A DNA stretch of 32,582 nucleotides from Armatimonadota bacterium (GTDB lineage Bacteria; Armatimonadota; Zipacnadia; Zipacnadales; UBA5352), in assembly GCA_034722055.1 (NCBI GenBank), contig JAYENL010000262.1, positions 1 to 32,582 of the forward strand, read 5' to 3'. Positions within the stretch are counted from its first letter, which is position 1; every line of letters begins with the position of its first letter. The notes below the pieces were generated by a model. That model was given only the letters and a program-made list of their open reading frames with translations. It searched no databases and was not told the DNA's origin. Shown here one piece after another: positions 8,519-17,665 of the stretch. The translations under genes were made by a program, and so were the position numbers.

Positions 8519-8902
8519 GCCGGCGATGAGAATCCTGGCGGCGCCCATGATCAGCCACGCCAGCCACGTGGGCACCAGCATGCTCCCGGTAAGGCGGTAG
8601 CTCTCCTCCAGGCGCACGTCCAGGTAGTAGTCCAGGAGCATGGAGACGCCCACCCAGTGGGCCACGAGGGCCAGCACCCACGAGAGAGGTATGGGGATGC
8701 GGGCGATCACGAACACCGCCACGGGGCCGCCGACACCGATGGCGGCGATCAGCGGCAGCAGCATTTCCCGGCGGCTCTGTCGCGCCACCTCACCCCGTAT
8801 GGCCAGCCACGCGATCAGCGCGGCGAGCGGGATCTGGTAGAGCAGCCCCACCAGGCCGGGGAACAAGGCGTCGAAGATCACGCCGATCCCGATGCCGATC
8901 AC
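8510..8902 (-). CDS. Hypothetical integral membrane protein (about 4-5 TM helices, 130 aa)
   Basis: Alternating hydrophobic stretches, GC3-biased codons, AAGGGGG upstream of the GTG start. Confidence 0.75.
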   Translation of the reverse strand: MIGIGIGVIFDALFPGLVGLLYQIPLAALIAWLAIRGEVARQSRREMLLPLIAAIGVGGPVAVFVIARIPIPLSWVLALVAHWVGVSMLLDYYLDVRLEESYRLTGSMLVPTWLAWLIMGAARILIAGVT

Positions 8903-8923
8903 GGCGCATGCCCCCTTCGGCCG

Positions 8924-9103
8924 TCAGCGCTTCCGCCGCTCCATGGACATCTCGTGCGCGATCTGCTCCAGCATTGCGGCGGTGGCGAGCTGGGCGTTGA
9001 CCTCGGCGAACTGCAGCACGTGGTCAACCGTCTCCAGCTTCTCCGACGCCTGCTTGAGCGCCTTCTTGGCATGCTCCACGTGGAAGTCGTAGTGCTTCTT
9101 CAT
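8924..9103 (-). CDS. Small hypothetical helical protein (59 aa)
   Basis: ATG 9103 after AAGGGGAGAG. MKKHYDFHVEHAKKALKQASEKLETVDHVLQFAEVNAQLATAAMLEQIAHEMSMERRKR has protein-like composition and typical codons. Confidence 0.75.
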   Translation of the reverse strand: MKKHYDFHVEHAKKALKQASEKLETVDHVLQFAEVNAQLATAAMLEQIAHEMSMERRKR

Positions 9104-9167
9104 CGCTCTCTCCCCTTTTCCCAGACGATTACCGGCCACCCTTCAGCGCAGACCGGCCCGAGCCCCG

Positions 9168-12100
9168 TCAGTCCAGTGGCAGGCGCTCGAGCCGTCCGTC
9201 AGCGTGCGTCACGACCGCGCCCTCGTCCTCGGCGGTGATGTGCACCACCGGCGATCCGGTCGGCTCCCCGCGGGCCACGGCGTGTCCGCTGAGGCCATCG
9301 ATAAGCCACGTGGCACCCCCGCGCGTGCCGACGAGAAGCATCGGCTCGGCACCGGTCTCGACGACGCCGAGCGCAGTGATCCGCTCGCCGACCACGCAGC
9401 TCCAGAGCTGCTCCAGCTTGAGCCACTGGTCGGTGCGCTCCTCGTCATTGCGCCAGGCCAGGACCGCGCCCATGTCAGTGGCGGTGTAGAGCACAGGCTT
9501 CCCGCCCTCGGGCTCCCAGACGGCCAGATGCGGGAAGCAGCCGCTCTTGCGCCCGGCGGCCTGGCCGGCGAACTGCCCGTAGCCCCAGTACTTGTAGAAG
9601 CGCGTGTCGCCCCCCACGATGATGTGCAGGCCCTCGTCGCGCCCGTAGAGGTTCGTGACCGCCGCGTCCAGCGGCAGCACGGTGTTGAAGCCGTAGCCCT
9701 CGGACGGGATCTCCATCTCGCCCTCGGGGGAGTAGACCACGCCCTTATGGTAGGAGTCCCGGTAGAGGGAGACCACCTCAAGCTGCCCGTCGGCGTCCAC
9801 GTCGGCGATCAGCCCCGTGTTGAAATCCCCGCAGATGCGCCCGCGGGAAAAGCGCAGGTAGTGCTCCCACAGGACCTCACCCGAGGGCGAGAGGCAGTGC
9901 GTGAAGTTGGCGCCGACGATGATCTCCAGCGTGCCGTCTCCCTGCAGGTCGGCGATGCGGATCATCTCCGGCGCGGGCGCCCTGACGAGACTCGCCGTGC
10001 CGGCCTTGCACTCGAATCGCCACAGCTCCTCCCCGGCGGCGCTGAGGGCGTAGACGTTGGTGTCCTCGCAGCCGGCCACGACCTCGGCGCGGCCGTCGCC
10101 GTCGAGGTCCGCCGCGTCCAGCGAGAGGCAGGGCCGCTCGGTGGCGAACTGCCACAGGCGCGCTCCGTTGCCATGCAGGGCGGTCACACCTTCGGCGCCG
10201 GCGACGATCCACTCCGGCGCTCCGTCGGCGTCCAGGTCGGCCTCGGTCAACGCGGCCACCGGCGTGCCCAGATCGATGCTCTCACCGTCAAGGGCCGGGA
10301 GGTCGGCCTCCGCCAGTCCCTCGTCAGGCGGCTGCCAGGCTGCCGCCATCCTCCGGGCCGCGTCCAGCACCTCGCCCATCATCCGCTGCAGCGCGCCGCG
10401 GACATCGCCCTGCAGCTCACCGTCGATCCGCGGCTGTCCATCCCGCGCCATGGAGACATCGACCGGCTGCTGGGCGCTCAGCTCGCCGAGACGCGTGGCG
10501 CCGGCCAGCAGCACCTCATCGCGGGCGACGGCCCACAGGTTCGCCTCGCCGAGGCCCCCCGGAAGCTCCCCCAGGCCGCAGACCATCGCCCCACTGGGGC
10601 TCTCAACGATCGCCGCCCGCTCCGAGGTGCGCTGCACGCGCACCGCGCTGAGCGTGGCCTCATCTTCGGACGCGGCCACCACATTCGCGAAGCCGATACT
10701 CTCCCCCGGCTCCAGCGCCGCCGCACGATCCTGCTGCAGCACCCTGGCGACCGGCTCGGCGTGCGGGTAGAAGGACTCCCAGTGGTCCGCGCTCGGCTGC
10801 TGGAACAGCTCCACCGCCAGCTCGCCGAGGCCGTCGGTGATGAGGTGGCAGAAGCGGCCCTCCTGCTCCAGCCGCAGGCGGCCATCGCGCAGCTCGTGCT
10901 CGCCGAGTCCGCGGAGGCTGCAGCGCACCACGTACGTCCCGGGCTCCTGCGCGATAGCGCGGTCGAGGATGACGAACCAGTCACCCACCCGCCAGATGAT
11001 GGAGCGCTCCCAGGTGGCGCCGGAGTAGTCCTCGTAGACGCTCCGGCACAGCGCCAACCGGTCGCCCTCCGCGAAGTCCATCAGCTTTGCCTGGCGATCC
11101 TGGTAGCTGAGCGCGCCGTCGCGGGTGATGTAGAGCCCGGAGTGGTCCTTGATGGCCCGCGCCCCGTAGGTGTGGTCAACCAGCCACATCCGGCCCACGT
11201 CGGTAAAGCACGGGATGGTGTTGATGTCATTGTGTCGGTGCCCCGAGGGGCCGTTGGGATAGCCCTCGAACTCGTGGAAGCTCCCGCAGCCGTCCAGGAT
11301 CAGGTACTGGGCCTCCGGGTCCCAGGTTTCGCGGAAGACGATCTTGTTGAACCACTGCTCGCCGGCGCTTTCCTTCGGGTCATATACCAGCTCCTTGGAG
11401 CCCTCTCCGCTGCCCAGCGTCTGCGCGTAGATGGGCAGCTTGCGCATCCCCGTCCACTGCTGTGGCGGCCCGTCCGGCACGCTCAGGTCCACCGGCAGGT
11501 TGCTCTGGAACACGCGCAGCCCGCAGTTCTGGTGCAGGACGTTGTAGGCCACCCACAGGATGTCCCGGTCGCGGTAGAACCAGCCGGCCCGCGAGATGGC
11601 CTGGAAGACCCCGGGGTAGACCAGGCTCGGGGTGTCGCCGAAGCCGGTGGACAGCCCCAGGTTGCTGACGCAGGCCTGGGCGATGAACTCGGCCTGCGTG
11701 CGTGCCACGCCCCGCTCGAAGTAGGTGAGGTCGCGGCTGCCCAGTGCGTAGATCATGGCGTCCGCGGGCGCATAGCACAGGTATCCGGCAGCGTCCTCCA
11801 GGATCTGATGGCTGGCGCACTGGCCGGCGAAGATGGCGCTGGCCACGGACATCCAGTACTGTGTCTCCGGCAGATCGTAGTAGCGGTCGAAGTACTGCCA
11901 GGCGGTCCAGGAGTTCAGAGCCGAGTTCGTCCCGTGGTTGTGGTCCACAACCTGGACGTAGCCCTCCTTGACCATCTCGTGCGCGGACCGCCGCTCGTGC
12001 CCCTGAAGGGCGTCGGCAAGCAGCGCGTTCGTGACATCGAGCCGATCCTGGTCCGTCCACAGCGGCAGCTCCTCCACGATGTCCCACCAGGGCACGTGCG

Positions 12101-12977
12101 CCGCCGACGCCGCCTCCATCTCCACCCGCGAGGGCACGTTCGCCAGCAGTTGCCGGTTGCGGTCCAGGATCTGCTTCATCAGCGGCGGCAGCTCGGGATT
12201 GCCGGTCCAGAACCAGGTCTGGGCGATGCGGGCGATGGGCCCCGTGACGTTGACCAGCGTCCCCTCATCCCTGCGCAGGATCGCGCCATCCTCGTCCATC
12301 AGCCCCTGGTCCTGCAGGTACCTGCGGAACCACTCCATGGTGGAGTACTGCGGCTGGCGCTTGGAGGACAGCCAGTGGTCCACCGGTGGGTAGAAGCGAT
12401 GGTGCTCGGGCGTGAACTCGATGTCCACAACCGGCTGCTGGAGTGCGATGTCTCCGCCGTCTGGCAGATAGCGCTCGGTGAAGACATCCACCGCGCGTTC
12501 CACACCGGCGGCGTCGGAGCCGGCCAGGACCAGGACGTTGATGCCCTCCCCGCCGGGGATACCCGCGAAGGGATCGTGGACGGTGCGGATGACGTGGCCG
12601 CCCTCGCCGGGGAAGACCGAGTCCGCGCAGGCGTGGCCCATCCCCCACAGCACCGACAGCAGCCGATTGGTGTTGATGTTGCCCAGCGCCACCAGCGTGC
12701 GGCCGGCGATCAGCTCCACGTCCAGCTCCCAGTGGTCGGAGACCACGGCATCGGCGGAGACAATCGCCGGCCGATCGCCTCCGACGTCTTCCAGCCGGTC
12801 CGCCAACTGCTCGGCCAGCGGCCCGAGGTCGTCTCGCTCCGGCGTAACGATAGCGCAACGGGCCTCTCCCCCCACTATCAGCTCGGTGCGGGGATACAGG
12901 GGCTTGAGCTGCGTGATCTCGGAGGCCGCGGCGGTGGTGCACAGCGCAACGACGCAGAGGAAAAGCCAGCGTCTCAT
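9168..12977 (-). CDS. Large secreted protein: lyase-like (alpha/alpha toroid plus heparinase II/III-like) region with a C-terminal FG-GAP/PQQ-like beta-propeller
   Basis: Signal peptide MRRWLFLCVVALCTTAAAS. VLVLAGSDAAGVERAV resembles hexosaminidase/GH20-N-like domains. DHNHGTN and GHRHNDINTI motifs. Repeats ADLDADGAPEWIVA, ADLDGDGRAEVVAG, ADLQGDGTLEIIVG, ADVDADGQLEVV with G..LW.F blades. Alternative GTG start at 12986. Confidence 0.78.
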   Translation of the reverse strand: MRRWLFLCVVALCTTAAASEITQLKPLYPRTELIVGGEARCAIVTPERDDLGPLAEQLADRLEDVGGDRPAIVSADAVVSDHWELDVELIAGRTLVALGNINTNRLLSVLWGMGHACADSVFPGEGGHVIRTVHDPFAGIPGGEGINVLVLAGSDAAGVERAVDVFTERYLPDGGDIALQQPVVDIEFTPEHHRFYPPVDHWLSSKRQPQYSTMEWFRRYLQDQGLMDEDGAILRRDEGTLVNVTGPIARIAQTWFWTGNPELPPLMKQILDRNRQLLANVPSRVEMEAASAAHVPWWDIVEELPLWTDQDRLDVTNALLADALQGHERRSAHEMVKEGYVQVVDHNHGTNSALNSWTAWQYFDRYYDLPETQYWMSVASAIFAGQCASHQILEDAAGYLCYAPADAMIYALGSRDLTYFERGVARTQAEFIAQACVSNLGLSTGFGDTPSLVYPGVFQAISRAGWFYRDRDILWVAYNVLHQNCGLRVFQSNLPVDLSVPDGPPQQWTGMRKLPIYAQTLGSGEGSKELVYDPKESAGEQWFNKIVFRETWDPEAQYLILDGCGSFHEFEGYPNGPSGHRHNDINTIPCFTDVGRMWLVDHTYGARAIKDHSGLYITRDGALSYQDRQAKLMDFAEGDRLALCRSVYEDYSGATWERSIIWRVGDWFVILDRAIAQEPGTYVVRCSLRGLGEHELRDGRLRLEQEGRFCHLITDGLGELAVELFQQPSADHWESFYPHAEPVARVLQQDRAAALEPGESIGFANVVAASEDEATLSAVRVQRTSERAAIVESPSGAMVCGLGELPGGLGEANLWAVARDEVLLAGATRLGELSAQQPVDVSMARDGQPRIDGELQGDVRGALQRMMGEVLDAARRMAAAWQPPDEGLAEADLPALDGESIDLGTPVAALTEADLDADGAPEWIVAGAEGVTALHGNGARLWQFATERPCLSLDAADLDGDGRAEVVAGCEDTNVYALSAAGEELWRFECKAGTASLVRAPAPEMIRIADLQGDGTLEIIVGANFTHCLSPSGEVLWEHYLRFSRGRICGDFNTGLIADVDADGQLEVVSLYRDSYHKGVVYSPEGEMEIPSEGYGFNTVLPLDAAVTNLYGRDEGLHIIVGGDTRFYKYWGYGQFAGQAAGRKSGCFPHLAVWEPEGGKPVLYTATDMGAVLAWRNDEERTDQWLKLEQLWSCVVGERITALGVVETGAEPMLLVGTRGGATWLIDGLSGHAVARGEPTGSPVVHITAEDEGAVVTHADGRLERLPLD

Positions 12978-13046
12978 CTCCCCCACTCCCGATACAGGAT
13001 AACGACCACGTAAGAGGTAGTTGGCTGCAGGAGGCGCCGAGACCTT

Positions 13047-13310
13047 TCAGCCTGTCAGCTCATCGACGACCTCGGCCGGGTTGCGCGCACGCCGGTCCAT
13101 CTCCGCCCAGGGGTCGCCGCGGTCGGCCAGCCGGTCGAGCATGTTTGCGACGGTCCAGCGCTGGGGGCCGACCTCGGGGTCGTCAAGCTCCTCCCAGTCC
13201 AGCGGCGTGGCGATGGGCGCCCCCGGCTTGGCGCGCACGGAGTACGGCGCCACAGAGGTCTGCCCCCGGCTGTTGCGCCAGGGATCGATGAGCAGCCGCC
13301 CCTTGCGCCG
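13047..13310 (-). pseudogene. ligD: 3' remnant of an NHEJ LigD primase-polymerase domain gene
   Basis: The frame reads RRKGRLLIDPWRNSRGQTSVAPYSVRAKPGAPIATPLDWEELDD...WTVANMLDRLADRGDPWA, the typical C-terminal end of LigD Pol/PrimPol domains. Homology begins upstream of the only available start codon (13253), and no room exists for the N-terminal part before the adjacent gene's stop at 13337. Confidence 0.85.
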
Positions 13311-13336
13311 TGCGCCTTCTTCCTGCCGAGCCGGGC

Positions 13337-14707
13337 TCAGCGGATGAGCGGCGGCGGGCCGGACTGCAGTCGCCGCTGGATCTCCCCCGAGATCCGCTCA
13401 TCGTGCGGCAGCAGGTCCTCAAAGCGCTCGGCGACCTTGCGAATCGCCGCCGCGAAGGCCTCGATGTAGCCCTCCGGCGGCTCGATCATGGTCGGGAGCG
13501 CCAGGATCCGCGGGATGACCTCCACCGCCTGGGGCAGCTCCTCGCGCTTCGGCGGCTGGTAGCCGCCATCGATCGACAGCGGGCCGCGCCCGTCCCCCCA
13601 GTAGGGGAAGCCGGTGCTGTACGGCGGCCACAGGTGCCAGCCCTCGTAGTTGCGGCCCGCCAGTGAGGCGCCCTCAGCGTTGACCGCCGCCTTGAAGGTG
13701 TCCGCCGACAGCCCACCGAGACTCTCGGGGTGGTAGAGCATGCGCATGTTGCCGTAGTAGCCGGCCGGCTGGGCCTTGTCGTAGAAGCGCGGCGGCTCGA
13801 TGCACTCCACGTCCTCGATCAGCGCCAGCAGCTCGTCGTAGTTCTCCTGCACCCGCCGGTTGCGGTACTCCAGGTTCTCCAGCGCCACCGTGGCGATGGC
13901 GATGGACAGGTTGGTGGCCCGGAACTTGACCATTGCCAGACCGGCCTGCGTCAGCTTGCTATAGGGCTCCAGCGTCAGCTCATCGGTGATGTTGTAGCGG
14001 TTGAGGTGGCCCATAGCCAGGATGCGCTCGTAGCAGAGGCGGGCGCTGGTGCCCACCACCCCGCCCTCGCCCGCCGCTACCGGCTTGCCACCGGGCGACC
14101 CGCCCTGCATGGAGTAGGAGCCCACGTCGCCGATGGAGCCGATAAGCTGCCCGTCCCACTTCGCGCCGTGCGAGTGCGCGCAGTCCTCGATGACCGCCAG
14201 GTCGTGCTGGCGCGCGAAGGCCATGATGCGGTCCATGTCGCAGACCGCCCCGAACAGGTGGGGCACCAGGATGGCCTTGGTGCGCTCGCTGAGGCACCGC
14301 GGCAGGTCCTCGGGGTCCATGCACAGGGTGTCCGGCTCGATGTCGCAGAACACCGGACGGGCGCCGAGCATCGTGGCCGGCCCGAAGCTGCATATCCAGT
14401 TATAGGTGGGTGTGATGATCTCGTCGCCGGGCCCTACCCCGACAGCGAAGTAGCCCGCCAGCAGGGTGGATGTGCCATTGTTCTGGGGCAGCACCCACTC
14501 CGTGCCGGCCACCTTCTCGCGGAAGGCCTTCTCGAACTCCAGCACCAGCGGGTGCCCGGTGTCCGAGAAGGCGCGCTCCTCGATGATCCGCCGGCACAGC
14601 TTTGTCTCCCGGTCGTAGTCGGGCTCCCACAGCTCCCTGCGCTCGAAGCTACAGATCGGCTGTCCGTCCAGCAGCGCCAGATCGCTCACAGCAGTCACCT
14701 GCCCCAT
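13337..14707 (-). CDS. DegT/DnrJ/EryC1/StrS-family PLP-dependent aminotransferase
   Basis: NNGTSTL, GVGPGDEIITPTYNW, GARPVFCDI, TKAILVPHLFG, IEDCAHSHGA, and K-PVAAGEGG around the PLP lysine. The start may be a downstream GTG. Confidence 0.92.
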   Translation of the reverse strand: MGQVTAVSDLALLDGQPICSFERRELWEPDYDRETKLCRRIIEERAFSDTGHPLVLEFEKAFREKVAGTEWVLPQNNGTSTLLAGYFAVGVGPGDEIITPTYNWICSFGPATMLGARPVFCDIEPDTLCMDPEDLPRCLSERTKAILVPHLFGAVCDMDRIMAFARQHDLAVIEDCAHSHGAKWDGQLIGSIGDVGSYSMQGGSPGGKPVAAGEGGVVGTSARLCYERILAMGHLNRYNITDELTLEPYSKLTQAGLAMVKFRATNLSIAIATVALENLEYRNRRVQENYDELLALIEDVECIEPPRFYDKAQPAGYYGNMRMLYHPESLGGLSADTFKAAVNAEGASLAGRNYEGWHLWPPYSTGFPYWGDGRGPLSIDGGYQPPKREELPQAVEVIPRILALPTMIEPPEGYIEAFAAAIRKVAERFEDLLPHDERISGEIQRRLQSGPPPLIR

Positions 14708-14727
14708 CCTTGTCGCGCGTCGGTAAG

Positions 14728-17520
14728 CTATCGGTCCTGGGCCAGCGCCTCCAGCGCGCGCCGGCGGGCCGTGTTCACCGCCACCGGATCGGCGGCGTTC
14801 ACGATGGTCCTGAAGTGATACACCCCGCTGGTCCGCATGTCCACGTCGAGCACCGCGTTCTCCTCCGCCACGATGGCGTCGAAGGCCTCCCGGCCGCGCT
14901 CGCGGATGAGCTGGCTCAGCAGCAGCGTATCGTGCCAGCCGTCGCGGTAGCCGCAGTAGGCCGGCGAGACGGTGACCTCCGCGGTCTCCTCATCCACCCA
15001 GATGATGTTCTCGGTCCTGTTCCAGTGCAGGAACGCCCACAGGCCGTAGCCGTCGAAATCGTGGTAGAGCGCCATGACCGGATAGACCCATCCGGAGTGG
15101 TAGGAGCGCCGGAAGGGCCTCGATCCGCCGCCGTAGAACCAGACCTCATCGCTCTCGTCGATGGTCACCAGCGGGCGGCCGTGGGGCGAGGGCCGGCGGA
15201 CCGTGATGCGCAGCTCGTAGGCGTGGTCCTCGGGCGTCCCCTCCCGCGGGCTGACGTAGAGCACCTGGTGCAGCGCGCCACCGGTGATGACCACGCCGCG
15301 GTCGGTGTTGCCCCACGGACTCCCACCCTCCTTCTGCAGCGGCTGGCCGTCCTCGAAAAGCTCCAGGCTCTCGACCTGCTGCGGCGCCACCTGCACCGGC
15401 CCTCCCTCGCCGAAGACGCGCATCACCCAGGTGTCCTCGGCCCCGCCGTTGCGGTACTGCGCCCACGGTCCGGCCAGCTCGTGGGTCTCCTCCGCGACCT
15501 CGTAGCGGGTGTGCACCAGGTCCAGGAAGGTATCCTTGGAGCCGTAGCCGAGCTGCCACTGGTCGCAGTGCGGGTTCAGGGCGTTGAGATGCTCTGCGGT
15601 GCGTGCGACCATGCCCGTGATGGTGGTGAACGGTCGCCAGCCGGCCTGGCGAGCCAGCTCCGCGGTCTCGATGTAGGAGGGGATGTGCTCCGGCGAGATC
15701 TCGTCGCTGACCTTGCAGAACAGGCCCTCGAAGCCTCGCTCGGCCAGCTCCCTGCGCATCTCTCGCCAGAACCACACCATCACCCGCCTGGCCTCCGGCG
15801 TGCCCGGCTCCACCCGCCCCTTGCCCACCGCCGGCGACAGCAGCTTCCAGCCGATGCGGCTGCTGCCGGGGTGCATCATGTAGGTCTCCAGCCGCGTGAC
15901 GCCGTACTGCTTCGCCAGCTCCAACCAGGGATCGTAGTAGGAGAAGTCCAGCTCCGGGAGATCGTCGAGGTCCAGCCGCTCCGGCTCCTGCTCGGAGACC
16001 TCCCTGAGCACCTCGCCGGTCTCCGCGACCCGCACGTGGTCCAGGATCTGCACCCAGTTGGCGTTCCAGTCCAGCACGTCCCCGCCCATCTCCGCGAAGG
16101 CCTTCAGGATGGCCTCCAGCCGCCGCAGCTTTGCGTCATCGATCTCATATCCGCCCGCCCACACCGGGAATCCGCCGCAGTAGCCGCGCACGTGAAACGG
16201 TCGCCCGTCCTCCACGCTGACGTCCCACACGCGCACGCGTAGAGGCACCTCCACGGCCGTCTCGCCCACGGTCAGCGCCACAGTCGGCTCGTAGGCACCC
16301 CGCTGCCGCCCGGTGCTGGCCACTCGCAGCCAGAGCGTCTCACGCGAGCCCGAGCCCATGGTCAGCGGCTCCTCCGGCGGCGGCAGCAGCTCCCGCCGGT
16401 CCTCGCCGAGCGTGTCCCGGAAGACCGTGATGCCGCCCGCCCAGTCCTCCGGCACGTCCGCCGCCAGCCGAGCCGAGAGGTCGCGGAGGACGTTGAGCGT
16501 CACAGACACGTAGCGGGCCGAATCGCGCGGCAGATCGATCTCCAGTGGCCTCGGCAGGCGCCGCTTGCCGTCGCCCTCGCCCACCGAGAGCCAGAAGCCG
16601 CGCTGCCGCTCCGCGTCGGTCACGCCGAAGGCCGTGGCCTCATCCACCCAGCCGGCGACCTCGGCCATCCGCGGCCCTCGCAGGTCGGCGCCATACTCCT
16701 GCGCCAGCGCCGACCAGTCAGGCGCCTCGGTCTCCCCCTCGAGCGCCACCATCGCCGCCTGCACGGTCATGCTGCGGCCGGCGGGGACCGGCGCGTAGAT
16801 CCACTCGAAGGTGGGGTGCTCCCGGCTGCCGCGCCAGAGGTAGAAGCGATCCACGCCCGGCGCGTAGACCATCACCCCGTCGCCGGTCCGGCCGTCCCAC
16901 AGTGCCATGACCTCCGGCTCTGCGGCGTCGAAGTAGCCGCCCGCGTCAGGCGCGCCCTCCACCGACTGATCGCCGGCGTTGACCCAGTAGAGATGCTCCT
17001 CGGTCTGCGGCCCTGTGCCGGGCAGCAGGAAGCTGCGGATCCACAGCGTCCTCTCGGCCTGGGAGCCGTTGCTGAGCTGCCAGGTCACCCGCAGGGCCGG
17101 CGATCCGGCCTCCAGGCTGATCGTCTTCACGAGCCCCAGCCCGGAGCGGTCTCGCACCTCGAAGCGGAGCGTGCCCACCTCAGGGCCGGGGCGCATGATG
17201 GCCGCGTCGTAGCGCTGCGCGGTGAAGACCGCGCGGTCATCGAGGGCGCCGCCGATGTCCCCTGTGCTCTCCCACAGCGCGATCAGCTCCCGGCCCGAGG
17301 GCTTGAGGACCCAGGAGCGGATGCGTGCCCCGCCCGCGGCGTCGATCTCCACGCGCATGTGCTCGTTGTCGAGGACATAGATGTCGCCCTCCTGGCCGGT
17401 CGTCACCTCAGGCCAGGCGAGCGCGCTGCCCAGCACCACCAGGCAGATACAAGCGACCGACACCCTCCTCCAGAGCCCGCAGAGCGACCTGTGAAGAGAA
17501 GCTGAGCTTCGCCATATCAT
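14728..17520 (-). CDS. Secreted putative glycoside hydrolase (galactose-mutarotase-like N-domain plus GH123/DUF4091-like region), about 930 aa
   Basis: Probable start ATG 17520 with a signal peptide ending VVLGSALA. YVLDNEHMRVEIDAAGGARIRSW (supersandwich fold start). ETLWLRV...Y...VPLRVRVWDV, SDEI and YRDGWHD resemble GH123/DUF4091-type proteins. The family assignment is tentative. Confidence 0.65.
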   Translation of the reverse strand: MIWRSSASLHRSLCGLWRRVSVACICLVVLGSALAWPEVTTGQEGDIYVLDNEHMRVEIDAAGGARIRSWVLKPSGRELIALWESTGDIGGALDDRAVFTAQRYDAAIMRPGPEVGTLRFEVRDRSGLGLVKTISLEAGSPALRVTWQLSNGSQAERTLWIRSFLLPGTGPQTEEHLYWVNAGDQSVEGAPDAGGYFDAAEPEVMALWDGRTGDGVMVYAPGVDRFYLWRGSREHPTFEWIYAPVPAGRSMTVQAAMVALEGETEAPDWSALAQEYGADLRGPRMAEVAGWVDEATAFGVTDAERQRGFWLSVGEGDGKRRLPRPLEIDLPRDSARYVSVTLNVLRDLSARLAADVPEDWAGGITVFRDTLGEDRRELLPPPEEPLTMGSGSRETLWLRVASTGRQRGAYEPTVALTVGETAVEVPLRVRVWDVSVEDGRPFHVRGYCGGFPVWAGGYEIDDAKLRRLEAILKAFAEMGGDVLDWNANWVQILDHVRVAETGEVLREVSEQEPERLDLDDLPELDFSYYDPWLELAKQYGVTRLETYMMHPGSSRIGWKLLSPAVGKGRVEPGTPEARRVMVWFWREMRRELAERGFEGLFCKVSDEISPEHIPSYIETAELARQAGWRPFTTITGMVARTAEHLNALNPHCDQWQLGYGSKDTFLDLVHTRYEVAEETHELAGPWAQYRNGGAEDTWVMRVFGEGGPVQVAPQQVESLELFEDGQPLQKEGGSPWGNTDRGVVITGGALHQVLYVSPREGTPEDHAYELRITVRRPSPHGRPLVTIDESDEVWFYGGGSRPFRRSYHSGWVYPVMALYHDFDGYGLWAFLHWNRTENIIWVDEETAEVTVSPAYCGYRDGWHDTLLLSQLIRERGREAFDAIVAEENAVLDVDMRTSGVYHFRTIVNAADPVAVNTARRRALEALAQDR

Positions 17521-17665
17521 GTCATGACCACCACCCGGTGTATCATCCCGCTCACCACCGCGGTATTCGTCCCCAAGCGCGCTGTGGCCTTCGCGGCAGG
17601 TCCTGGTGCGGCCGCGGGCGAATGGAGACAGGCTTGAGAGCTCGCCGAGGAGGAGGCGGTTCGCG

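Noticed and set aside
5246..13013. Very long plus-strand ORFs 5246-8260 and 9204-13013
   Set aside because: They are antisense shadows of real minus-strand genes, common in high-GC DNA, with no motifs and skewed composition.
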